A stretch of 64,000 nt of DNA from Chrysomallon squamiferum (lineage: Eukaryota > Animalia > Mollusca), in contig CM022671.1 of assembly GCA_012295275.1 (NCBI GenBank), positions 682,001 through 746,000 on the forward strand. Direction: 5' to 3'. Positions 53,801-64,000 of the stretch are shown here, piece after piece (within the stretch, counting starts at the first letter, position 1; every line of letters begins with the position of its first letter). The position numbers and the translations under genes were made by a program. Below the pieces are notes generated by a model. That model searched no databases. It saw only the letters and a list, made by a program, of their open reading frames with translations, and was not told the DNA's origin.

Positions 53801-56800
53801 AGGGACTAAGTTGTAATATTGATTTTTGAGTTTTAACTGAAAAATGTCAAAGTCATACTTTTTTATTTTAAGGTTTTGACAGAAAATGCTACATAAGCAC
53901 ATATTCTTACCACTGCAATAGAAAATAATAATAAATTTATAATGCTAAATATGCTTTTGAAAACCTTTTTTTATATCATAAATTCTCTGAATTCTGGGAA
54001 TGATATCAATGTGACACAAACAATATGAATATTAATGTAATGCAAAAACCAAAAAATGCAATATAATGAACAAATCAATGTGCAGGATCACAAATGGTAT
54101 CACACAAATATTTTTTTTTTTACATATGTGCATCTCAAATTAAGTTGGGACCATACTACAGAAACTGAGCAAAACCAATCCACATAACATTAAAAAGTTT
54201 ATCAAGGTTAATCAGGTAAATAAGACCCTTAAGAACTCTATGTAACAATGTGCTTAATCCATACATGCTGCTGAATTCTCAAAGGAATAATTTCCTTAAA
54301 TAATTTTCTTTGATTCAAATAAACAGACATAATTTCTTGTTCCGTTATAAAGTCTCTACACCAAGAAAATTGTCTTTTATTAAACATTCTGCTCTGGGGT
54401 TTGCCAAACAATTCAAACCATGTCAAAGTAAGGAGTTCCAAATTAAAGAGGTACAACCTGTTGTACTATAAAACCTTAAAAAAAATTTTATTTTCTACTC
54501 TATCCTTGAAAAGGTAAATTGCACTTCATTGGCAGTTCAAACAGTAGCTTGTTCACAGCTCAAAATAATTATTCAAATGGAATTAAACAAATTTGAACAG
54601 ACAGTGGTGATCTTTAGACTTATCACTTTTTTCACAGATGTCACTTCATGCACAGAAATGTGAAAAAACACAGACAGATTGTACTACAGCAACTTTGCAA
54701 TGATTTCAGGAGTATTTACTTACCTGATTGTCAGAAAAGGCAGCACATCTCACAATGCAGTCTAAAGCTGTCTGCAACAGTTTTTCATCTTTGACTTGCA
54801 ACAGATCCACTAGGATCCTAATTGTATTATTATCAATACTTCCTGTTACATTCTGAGTTTGTTGGATGGCTTTAGTAATGACTTCAGTATCAAGTTTTGT
54901 CTCAGTTTTTGAGGGCTGTTTGACATCAGAGTCTCCTTTTGATTTTTCATCACTGGCTCTTTTAACAGTGGCATACTCTCCATCAGATTTTGAGATAGGA
55001 GCCTCTTGTGTTTCAGCTGATTTGATTTCTTCTTTTGATGTATGAGATAGTTGTTTTGTATCTTTTGCTTCTCTCTCTGGTGAATCAGCTACTTTGCTGG
55101 TATCATAGGATTCATCATGTGGAATAATTTCAGGTACAGTTTTTGCATTTTTATCATCATCAAGGTAAGTGTCTTCTGTTTTGGGTTCTTTCGGTCCAGG
55201 GTCAGATTCACCTGCAGATACAATACTGTTTTCACTCGTGGCTAAACTAGAAGCAGAATTAATATTCTGGTCTATAGACGGAGGCATGCTGATAATGCTA
55301 AAGCTTGCTGATGACATATCAGCTTCAGACATATTCAGGCTCTCATGAACAGCATCACCAGCTCCACCTTCATTTTCTTTTGATAGAAAAGAGGGTGATT
55401 CATTATCTAAATTAGCAATATCTGTCGGTGCTTCACCAGCTCCAATATCAAAGGCTGTGACATCTTCTTTCTCTTCAAATACTGGAACAATGCTGTCATC
55501 TGACTTTAAACTGCTGGATATTTGTTCAGTTTTAGGTTCTTGAGAGGCAGGATCAGTTAATTTTTCTTCTGTAATGTCAGTAAATTCTGTTGCTGTGGAT
55601 GATATCATTTCTTGGCCCGTTTCTACAAATGATGCTGAACTTTCTATCAAAGTACTTTCAGATGATGATATGTCATGCTGTGAATCAGGCAGCTGTATGA
55701 CATCTGACACATCAGATTTTTCTGCAGGTTTGGCATTTAGTGCAGCAGGTTCTACCATTTTTTGTAAATTTTCACTTTTGGTACCAACAGCTTCAGCAAC
55801 TTCAATCTCAATTTCTGAAGGTTTTTCCACTTTGACAAATGATTCATTTTCACCATTTGATTCTGATTTATCATTATCTTTTTTTTCATCTGGAACAGAT
55901 TCAGACTGTGACAAAACTGGAACCATGGGTAAAGGTTTCTTGATTTCCATTTCCATTTTTGGTAAAACTGCAACTTGCATTTGTTTTGATTCATCAGTTG
56001 ATGATTCTGATGCTGATGGTATGGAAATAGTTTGTTCATTTTCAGACTTTGTTTCAGAACCTGTTAAAAATACAAACAATAATAATAAATTGATTGCTGA
56101 TTGTACTATCGTAAAAGTCATCAACTAACAAATCATTTTCTGTTTCTGTGTTCTTGTTGTTTTATGTTTGTTTTTGGTTTTGTTATTGTTGTTGTTGTTG
56201 TTATTTGTTTGTTATTGTTGTTGTTGTTGTTATTTGTTTGTTATTTTTATTATTATTATTACTGGGTTTTTTTTTTTTATATGTACTAACATTCCATACC
56301 AAACAAACAAATAAAAAAAATTAAAAATTTAATTTATTTATCATCATTTTTCATTATAATTTTCAAACTGTTTGTAAATACGTGTATAATATTAATTTGT
56401 GACAACCTACTTAATGGTCCGTGATATTAGAATGTTGTCCTTGAATTCACCTTTTGGATATGACGTGAGAAAAAAAAAATACGATTAATACTTGCACTTG
56501 TTAAATATTAAATTGCAATGAAGTAAACCACTTTTATTCTAGTATTTTAATAAACGAAAGTATAATTTCTATTCTTATTCTGAAACTATCAAAATGGAAA
56601 TATATTCAATACTTTTTTCTTTTTTTTTTAATTCTGAGCAGTTCGTCGTTCTTGCTATTTTTGCTCAAAACTAATCTAAATTATCAGCAATGTCATAAAG
56701 AATTAATTTGACTATACCCTTTGTCTTTGTCTTTTTAGTGGTTTTCCATATAATATAAACTAAAATAGCAATGCCTAATGTCACTGCAACCGCAGATCCT

Positions 56801-56826
56801 ATTTGCACTTCCTTAGCCGTTGCCAT
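44568..56826 (-). CDS. ARMC10: ARMC10/ARMCX-like armadillo-repeat protein, 714 aa; complement(join(44568..44855,45182..45430,45855..46016,54724..56060,56718..56826))
   Basis: N-terminal signal-anchor (GSAVAVTLGIAILVYIIW then KTTKKTKTK), long acidic linker, then an Arm_2-type domain: AAFSDNQKALRENG...IMNLSMDVLNQ...VQLSCLQPLTNL...SGNRAIRLQALKLLVNLSCNADMVKNLLAAK, resembling vertebrate ARMC10. Exon lengths sum to 2145 nt with consistent phases. Confidence 0.85.
45182..45430 (-). CDS. ARMC10: ARMC10-like exon 4
   Basis: ttttaaaaag|AAC TGT ATC...GCC AAG|gtaaaa; QALKLLVNLSCN. Confidence 0.88.
45855..46016 (-). CDS. ARMC10: ARMC10-like exon 3
   Basis: aattacag|AAA GCA CTA...TTA CAG|gtaa; KALRENGCPSEMLRLL...NNAIMNLSMDVLNQQQLQ. 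Confidence 0.88.
48862..51649 (-). mobile_element. Internally deleted Sola2-type DNA transposon with long TIRs, in ARMC10-like intron 2
   Basis: Ends GGGTCATTCCGTGTCAAATCACCCA...TGGGTGATTTGACACGGAATGACCC; 4-bp TSD TACT at 48858-48861 and 51650-51653; imperfect TIRs at about 48862-49498 and 51087-51649. GRG termini, a non-TTAA 4-bp TSD and long TIRs are Sola2 hallmarks, and the internal transposase relic agrees. Confidence 0.88.
49480..50291 (-). pseudogene. Decayed N-terminal part of a Sola2-like transposase
   Basis: Frameshifted fragments: CCDPLNRH...LVPGDKLCCDC; LNSILLSLGEMPVKLHSL; ERVQILILSPF; IIQFYESDENSRMCLGMKDTVSI*NKHSEKVKHQKHLVLSNLCELY (FY..D..SR..PG.KD.V...QKR.L...L.ELY pattern). In-frame stops present; no catalytic DDD region. 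Confidence 0.75.
52715..52920 (+). mobile_element. Decayed SINE relic, same family as 18680-18985
   Basis: B-box-like GGATTCAACTCC, then TATAAAAGATACCTAGTTGCTAACTAA...CAATGGCAGGTTCCTTCC. Confidence 0.42.
54724..56060 (-). CDS. ARMC10: ARMC10-like exon 2 (1337 nt; acidic linker and start of ARM region)
   Basis: tttttaacag|GT TCT GAA...AAT CAG|gtaagt; lies within the 472-aa ORF of the track. Confidence 0.9.
56718..56826 (-). CDS. ARMC10: ARMC10-like exon 1 (transmembrane anchor)
   Basis: ATG GCA ACG...AAG G|gtatag; hydrophobic stretch plus basic cluster; phase 1 matches the next exon. Confidence 0.85.
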
Positions 56827-57653
56827 TTTCAATCATATACAGGCACATGGCGTCGTCTGCTTCTTTCCGGTGTAAATTACCCCTGTAACTGGTTCCTCCA
56901 AATGTTGCTATTTAAACTTTTAAAGTAAGATAATACACTTTTCTAGATATAACGGTAAGTATAAATCATGCTTTACTATTTGATAAAGCTCCATTTTTAA
57001 AATAAATAATAAAATAATGGAAACAAGAGTGATATAAACGTCACGTAAATTCCTCTCCGTATGAAAAATTAAAGTGGTTTTATAATTATTTTGGCACCGT
57101 CAAAATTTGCGACAATCTATATATAGATATATATTTTAATTTTTGTAAAGATTAAATCATAACTATTCATAAAATATAGTATTAAATTATATTCAGTGTG
57201 CGTTTTAATGTAACGAATAGTGTCATAATTAAATGAACCGAAATATATGTCGTAACATTTTTGTTACAATTTCTGGCAAACATTGCTGTCAGCACGTTTA
57301 GCCTTTTTTAACTGTGAAACGAGCAACAAATACTCATTCTGGCTAGAATATATCCAGTGCGTTAATTAGCATTCGGTGCATGTGGATTACTACACTCATA
57401 AAAACTAATTTTATACGCTTACACTTCAAAGTAAAATAATTATATCTTATTTATTATGGCACATTGATATCTAATTTGACATTCACATTGCGGCTTGTTA
57501 TTTATGATTAAGATTATTTTGCAAGTCTGTATGTGTTGTTTCATGAAACACCAACGTACGTAAATTTAGTAACTGCTTTTGATCTAACTAAATAAAAGTG
57601 TTAATAAAAACGAATACTTTTTCTTAAAGACATTTTTTACCAAAGAAAAAGAG
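56827..57653. promoter_or_regulatory. Bidirectional promoter region between ARMC10-like and MRPS25
   Basis: 827 bp between divergent ATGs; the clearest CpG-retaining non-coding stretch in the window; clustered ACATGGCG (YY1-like), GTCGTCTGC and TTCCGG (ETS) at 56845-56870. Confidence 0.75.
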
Positions 57654-57790
57654 ATGCCTTTTATGAAAGGAAGGGCCCCTATAAGGCGCACACTAGAATA
57701 TTTAGAAAAAGGACAACTGATTTTAAAGAATAATGTTAAAATAATGACTATAAACTATAATTACGGTCAAGAGGCAAGCAAAGGTGCTTA
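57654..57790 (+). CDS. MRPS25: MRPS25 coding exon 1
   Basis: ATG CCT TTT ATG AAA GGA...GCT TA|gtaagt. Confidence 0.95.
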
Positions 57791-59552
57791 GTAAGTATTA
57801 CTTTTCTTTCAGAGTTTTAGTTTCATTGTTAATTTATAATGATGGGGTTTTTTAGTATGGAGATACAGCACAATATTTTATTTATTTATTTTATATATTT
57901 TTTCTTTCTAAATTTTCTTTTGTATTTTTAAATAAAGGCTTAATTTTACTCTACTTTAGTCCTTATTACTGAACTTTCTTGACCCATATTTATCAAAATT
58001 TCAGGAATATACTGTCTAGATAATGAGAAGGTGCCCCAAAAGATATGTACAGTTCAGTATACTTCAGTATACTTCAGCCACATATTTGACTCAGTGTATA
58101 TGAATATTAAAATGTGTTGATGAAACTCATTATTCATAAATGTCTGCAGATAAATGCTCTAAGACATTGTCTTATACATACTGTGCAAATAAAATTATTT
58201 TTTAGTTTGGTAATTTAATTTGGCAATGTCTTAATTCTGTCTACATTTACACTTATTATTTTCCAGTGACTTTGTGTTCTGGCATCTTCCACAGTTGCAG
58301 TATAAAAATCCAACAGTTCAAATGCTGACATTTAAAAACACAACTCCATCACCATTTTTCAGGTTTTATCTAGGTATGATTCAAACATTTAAAATTAATA
58401 GTATAACATTTTGAATGTTACTAAACCAAAAGTGTGAGATTAAACAATGATGGGTTGGGTTATTGGTAATTATATATTTTTGTTGTCTAACTATAAAAAA
58501 AGAATAATTAAAAAAAATATATATATATTAACTAGACATTTCTCCTGTATTACATTTTCCAAAAGGTCACTTACAGGATATATTTAATTTCAGACAATGG
58601 TTCAAAAATTCTGGTTGATGTTGATAGCAGAAGTAAAGAAGAAATTCATGATCATTTGAAGAGAGTTGTTTGCAAACCTGAGTATGTTTTATATTTAATT
58701 ACCTTTATTACCTTTTTATGTTACTTGTAACATTAATTTCCTTTCAAAAAATGAAAAAAAAAAAAAAAGGAAAACATTTGTAAATAAATTGTCATTAGTA
58801 ATTATTTTTGTAAAACACATAATAAAAATGTTAGAAAATGGAATAGAGTTTCTTATTGTGAAAGTTTTTTTTTTTTTTTGCTAGACTATATATCTCAGTG
58901 TACTTTTTAAATAACAGTAGAGAAAAATAAGAGTTTTTTTTGGGGGTATACATAATCAGTTAATTGGACAAATTTATACAGCCTAATAAATTATCAAAAG
59001 TATGATAAACATATGACAGACAGTTCATATATTCATGACATCATTTTTATATACCGAAATTCATAGAATAATTAATAGAACCAGTTTAGAGAAATTTTGA
59101 AATCATTTACTAAGATTTAAAAAAAAAGAAAATTGTTCTAGGAAGAAAATAGTAACTTTAATGAAATTTTATGAGCTTATAAAATAATACATTAATGCTT
59201 TCAAAAATTGGTGTCTACAAATTATTAAACAGTTTCATCAGTTTGTAAAATGCCTGTGTTTATTTGTTCAGACTTTTAAAATAAAAGTTTCATCTAACAA
59301 AATAACAAAATATTCATAGATTTAAAAATTAAAATTGGAATGTATCCATCTTATTTCAGAGATGTTCTCCAGGCTGAAGCTCTGGCTAAGGAGAAGAAGA
59401 TGAATCCAGCTAACTTTGGTCATGGATCTTCAAGATGGTGTATTTGTGAGATTCCAGGACAGGTGCCATGTCCAGGCTGGGTTCCTTTAGAAAAGGAAAT
59501 GCGTGGCAAATACAAGTTCCAGCATAAAGATGTGGAAGAGGAAGCCTCATGA
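57654..59552 (+). CDS. MRPS25: Mitochondrial 28S ribosomal protein S25, 174 aa; join(57654..57790,58267..58373,58594..58681,59360..59552)
   Basis: [20 protein letters not shown]...[47 protein letters not shown]...NPANFG...[12 protein letters not shown]...KEMRGKYK, closely matching MRPS25. Phases 2/1/2 are consistent; AATAAA at 59642. Confidence 0.97.
58267..58373 (+). CDS. MRPS25: MRPS25 coding exon 2
   Basis: ttccag|T GAC TTT GTG...CTA G|gtatga. Confidence 0.95.
58594..58681 (+). CDS. MRPS25: MRPS25 coding exon 3
   Basis: tttcag|AC AAT GGT...CCT GA|gtatgt. Confidence 0.95.
59360..59552 (+). CDS. MRPS25: MRPS25 coding exon 4
   Basis: tatttcag|A GAT GTT CTC...TCA TGA. Confidence 0.95.
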
Positions 59553-62426
59553 TAAACAAATAACTCAATCTTTTATATAAGACTAACATATAGCAATCTA
59601 GAAACTGAAGGAATTTTTACTCTCTGGATGTGAATTATAAAAATAAAACATTAAGCATTATTACATTTACCATTTTGTGAGTTCTTGTTATTTTTTGATA
59701 TTATAATTATTTATTTAATTATGATTTGTTTTTCAAAGAATATCTGTATCTTGATCCTTCTCTGATTCAAAGGTGCTTGGATAACATCAGATCTGGATAA
59801 TAGTTGATTCATTGCAGTGATACAAATATGTACCATCTAGTACTATCAAATAAAAATTTGCTGAAAATCTCAGGACTGTGTAGACATGAAGGATTATAAG
59901 TTGTGAGTGCAGATGTGGGTATATGGATGGGGAGATAGTCCAGAAAAGTGAAAGAAAGAAAATGTAAAATAGCTGATCATCCCATGTTTCAATAATGTCA
60001 GATGTCTTCTGGTATTTATTGGGATGGAGAGTAACTGTTAGGGTAATGTGTGTTTGTGTGTGCATGCCAGCCATTTTCTAAATAGTCTATAAAATTTGGG
60101 TTAACAACGTATGAACAAGGTTAATTGTTAAAAAATAAGTGGAGAAATTATGCAGAGACAGTTTGTAAAAAGAAAATTGAACCAATGATTTCAGAAATTG
60201 TATTTGCCTAGTCACTCCCATTTATTTCAACAACCTGTATGTGTGCCCTGCATGTATTTCTTAAGCTTTTGCAATTTTATTTCTCTTATTGTTTTATTTT
60301 ATTTTTTTATTGTACTTTTGATAGTGTGAAATGTTGGAACAATCCTTAAACCTATCTAGTTCACAAAGAAGTTTTCATACTAATTGACCAACTATAATTT
60401 CAAGCTGTATTTAAGAAGCTTTTGTTTCTAAGAAAACTTTTGACTTGTGGTTTTAAACAGAAGCAATTCTAATAAACTTGCTCAAATTTTGCTACTGTTA
60501 TAATTAACATAATGAGAATGAACAGCACAAATTTGTGATTCAACCTTTCATCTAACCAACATGCTTTCTTTATTTAAAAATAAAACACAAAAATTTATGT
60601 TTAAGCTTTTTATTGCACATGATTAGCTGTTTGAAAAATAAAAAATTAATTTTTCATTAATTTAATCTAATCAGAACTGACATTAGTAAATTACAGCAAT
60701 AAAATTTTAAATACATCTTGATTGAGTAAGTGGATAAACTTAATACAGATTAATCCATCTTGTTTAAATAAAGCTTTTAAACACTGTTTGTTTAATCTAT
60801 ATCTGAACAGAATAAAAAAAAATAAAAAAGCAACAAGGACATGTTTTTATAAGCAAATAATTATATCGGTTTTTTTAACACAAGTTTTTCTTTTACATTA
60901 ATTTAAAGCTATTGTTTGTGGTTTTACAATATGACAACTAAATTAAAGTTTAATGCTTCATATACAGTAAATGACTAGTAAATGTATTTTTTCTGCAAGC
61001 ATTTCAAACTATTTTAAATGTTTTCTAGATCTGCACAAGCTTTATGGCAATATTATTAATGTACTTACCAAAGATATTTCTGTAAAACACAGCAAAAATC
61101 CTAAATTGTGCTTGTAATGCAGCAAGCAAATGGTGAAAATAATTTTATATATCCAAGTTTGTTTCACTTTTTGTTTGGTTTACATACATTTGTTTCGAGT
61201 ATCACTACTTCAATGTATAATTGCATATATTTACTTCATCTATAAATTTTATCAAAGATATATGTAAAGAAATAAAACAAGAACTGAAAAAATAGAAAAC
61301 ATTTTTAACCTATTTGTCTGAATCACCACATGTACAGTTCAAGTACTTGTGAAAGATTGTTCAGATTTTATTTACTTCTGCTAAATATTTGATTAAAACA
61401 CCTGTGAATACTGCTTCTTAGATATTACTTTTAAGTACAGTAGTTCAAAGTATGAAAATAACAAAAACAAAAATCAATAACACAGTAGTACAAGAAATAT
61501 CAAATCATTAAACAAAATGACTAATATCACAAGAAAATAATATTTTTGCATAAATTCTATTACATACATGAATATTATTTTCATTTTGTTAAAAAAAATT
61601 TTTTTTTTATATTTCATAAACAAATGTAGTAAATGCTTAAAAGTTATTATTCTTCTTCATTATCTCATCACCAAACACTGCTCTATTACATCATATTAAA
61701 CGATTTTCTAAAGAACCAATCAGTGGACTGTCCAGCAGAATCCCAAACTAGTTTGCTATGAAAATGCTTAGATAATTTTTTTTTTTTTTTTTGGATTAAA
61801 TTCATTTTCATATTAATATATAAATAAAAAATTAAAATTAAAGATGTTTAATTTTGAATCACTTCAGTTGATCCAAAAGCTGTTAGAACTAAATTAAGAT
61901 AATTCAAAGTGTTATTGTTAACGAAATTGCCTGTGTTAATTCATTATTACAATAATCCAAATGGTTTAGGATAATGTTTAAGTATTTCAAAATGCCATTA
62001 CACAAAATCATATTAGTTTAAAATGATTTATATAATATATAGTGTAATTCAAGAAAGCTTAAGATTATCATCTTAGGAAAATTTTTATAAAAATATTTAA
62101 ATGTTACAGTGGTATAGTAATTCAAAATGAATAATCACAATTGTTACAGAAATTCACAACTGTTTTGTAATTCAAAATATTTTAGAACTATGTTACAAAA
62201 ATTTAAAATAGATTAAAACAATATCGTATTAATTCAAATTAGTTTAGGACAGTGTTATTTCAAAATGCCTTAGGGCGGTATTTGAATTTTCATTGCACTT
62301 GAGTATAAAAGTGCCTCCTGAAATAAGGCAATTGCATGAGTGGTCTTTCCACAAGGCATGCTGTCTTGAAAAAGAACAACAAAAACTTTGGTCATGCTGC
62401 CATTACAAACTCCTGACACTGACATG

Positions 62427-62834
62427 CTAAGACTTGAACTTCTGTCCCTGTTGGCGTAAGTATTCCTGCTGAATTTCCTTCAAATTCTGTTCCAGCATTT
62501 CTACCTCATCCCACTTCTTTGCCTCTCGTGCCTGCTGAACGTAACCTCGGATTATTTCAATCTGTTGAAGCATGGGATCATCAGCTTTGGCCACGTTTGG
62601 GACAACCTCGGCCGGCTTCCAGCCCTTGCCTACACTGTCAGACGAGTCAGAGCGGCGGTGACCCAGCAACTTGACACTGTCTGTTGGAGATTTACCTGCT
62701 TTCTCAGGTTCCTCATTCTTCCTCTCTTTCGCCTGTGCTTCCATAGCAGCAAGTCTCTCAACTGCAATTTTCTGCTGAATCTTCTCTTTTCTGGATTCTT
62801 GCATTCTAATGTATTCGTCTTCAGTAGGTAAAGC
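62427..62834 (-). CDS. RBSN: RBSN last coding exon (Rab-binding domain)
   Basis: atacag|GCT TTA CCT ACT...TCT TAG. Confidence 0.93.
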   Translation of the reverse strand, partial: ALPTEDEYIRMQESRKEKIQQKIAVERLAAMEAQAKERKNEEPEKAGKSPTDSVKLLGHRRSDSSDSVGKGWKPAEVVPNVAKADDPMLQQIEIIRGYVQQAREAKKWDEVEMLEQNLKEIQQEYLRQQGQKFKS

Positions 62835-64000
62835 CTGTATTTATAGAAAAAAATTATATTTACATTACTCTAGGATTCTGAGTCATCAGCAAGATAAATA
62901 AAATAATGATGGAATTAACTAAATTAAAAACAATTATCAAATATTAATTTATTAAACTTTAATCCAGTAGTATCTAGTAAAACTATATCTGTAATTCTAT
63001 ATAGTCTATATTTAAATAGAGAAGAAAATGAAAAAATTACTGCTAATATCATTATCCCAATCTTAATACAAAATGTTAAGTGAACTCCATGCTGTTACAT
63101 TTTCAAAACATACAATAAACTCATTATTAGTATACTATAAAAGTAAAAGGAAGAAAAGACATACTTGCAATCCCATAAGGTTTTCTTGCATGAAGTTGCT
63201 GGCATACAACCGAATGGATTTTTGGAGATAAAGTTGTTTGGGGGGAGGTGGAGGATCAGCATTCAAATCATTTATCAGAATTTTCTTACTGCAGAAAATA
63301 AATAGGAATAGCCCACTCTTTAATAAAATATTAAAAAATATTAAAATTTTTAAAAATAAAAATGCACATTCTCCATGTGAAATTCTAAATTTGATGTTAT
63401 AAAAGTTCCTGTTAACAAATGCTCATTTAATTAAAAACTATCTCCAATGTGGAAATTTTGATAAATCTTCGTGTCGGCTTTTTTGTTCTCCCTTGTTTCT
63501 ATTTAATTCATATCAATTTCAGTTATTTATATTTTATATAGCAATGCAAATGTCCTAACAAAACAACATAGTATTGTTACCTCAGTTGGTCTATTATTTC
63601 ATATGTCTTGCTAAGCTTAGCTCTGAGTATCTGGGCTTGTCGATAATCGTATACAGATTCTCCATTGCTGAAACAAGAAATATATTTTTAGAACAATGAT
63701 TCAAGCTTGTTTTAAAAACAGAAAGTCTTAAGAAAGCCTTAATATTTTATTAAAATGTTTTCAAATGATTGTTTCAATAAGGAACTGAAGTGAACTAAAA
63801 GTAAACAAAATTTCCAGTCTACAAAAAATACACAACACACACAGATCTGCTTAAGAATGCTTATAAATCCATGTTAAACTAAAAGAAGTTCAATAACAAT
63901 TTAGATTTGGAAGATGAGATATAAAAACATTCACCTCAAAGATTCAACCATTGGCATGTAGCGAGTTAGAAGTTCTTGGGCATCATCAATACAAGATTTC
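62427..64000 (-). CDS. RBSN: Rabenosyn-5 (ZFYVE20), 3' part; complement(join(62427..62834,63165..63288,63581..63667,63935..>64000))
   Basis: KSCIDDAQELLTRYMPMVESLSNGESVYDY...YEIIDQLSKKILINDLNADPPPPPKQLYLQKSIRLYASNFMQENLMGLQALPTEDEY...KGWKP...DDPMLQQIEIIRGYVQQAREAKKWDEVEMLEQNLKEIQQEY, the rabenosyn Rab-binding helical hairpin; phases consistent. Confidence 0.93.
63165..63288 (-). CDS. RBSN: RBSN exon
   Basis: ttctgcag|T AAG AAA ATT...TTG CAA|gtatgt. Confidence 0.92.
63581..63667 (-). CDS. RBSN: RBSN exon
   Basis: tgtttcag|C AAT GGA GAA...CTG AG|gtaac. Confidence 0.9.
63935..64000 (-). CDS. RBSN: RBSN exon, cut by the window end
   Basis: ...ATG GTT GAA TCT TTG AG|gtgaat. Confidence 0.87.

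Noticed and set aside
56061-56124. Signal-peptide-like start (MMTFTIVQSAINLLLLFVFL) of the 472-aa ORF
   Set aside because: It is the polypyrimidine tract of the acceptor at 56060; a better TM exon with matching phase lies at 56718-56826
55574-56128. 184-aa plus-strand ORF
   Set aside because: Antisense shadow of ARMC10-like exon 2

Overview
AT-rich, CpG-depleted, intron-rich animal genomic DNA, most likely an invertebrate such as a gastropod mollusc (inferred from composition, repeat types and gene content). Four spliced genes can be rebuilt exon by exon with consistent GT-AG phases. (1) DCP1 mRNA-decapping activator on +, 9 coding exons from 13789 to 35148; its first exons lie upstream of the window and two introns are about 14 kb. 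(2) An ARMC10/ARMCX-like mitochondrial armadillo protein on -, 5 exons, 56826 to 44568, 714 aa, with a ~400-aa acidic linker. (3) MRPS25 on +, 4 exons, 57654 to 59552, 174 aa, head-to-head with the ARMC10-like gene. (4) The 3' end of rabenosyn-5 (RBSN/ZFYVE20) on -, from beyond 64000 to 62427, tail-to-tail with MRPS25. ARMC10 intron 2 holds a 2.8-kb internally deleted Sola2-type DNA transposon (48862-51649) with GGG...CCC ends, a TACT target-site duplication, ~600-bp TIRs and a decayed transposase. DCP1 introns carry two large minisatellites, repeats seeded at splice donors, decayed SINE/MITE relics, many RFX X-box motifs, AG|GT recursive-splice-like sites and two ncRNA candidates. Nearly all ORFs in the supplied track are spurious low-complexity frames. 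No prokaryotic-type system (CRISPR etc.) is present.
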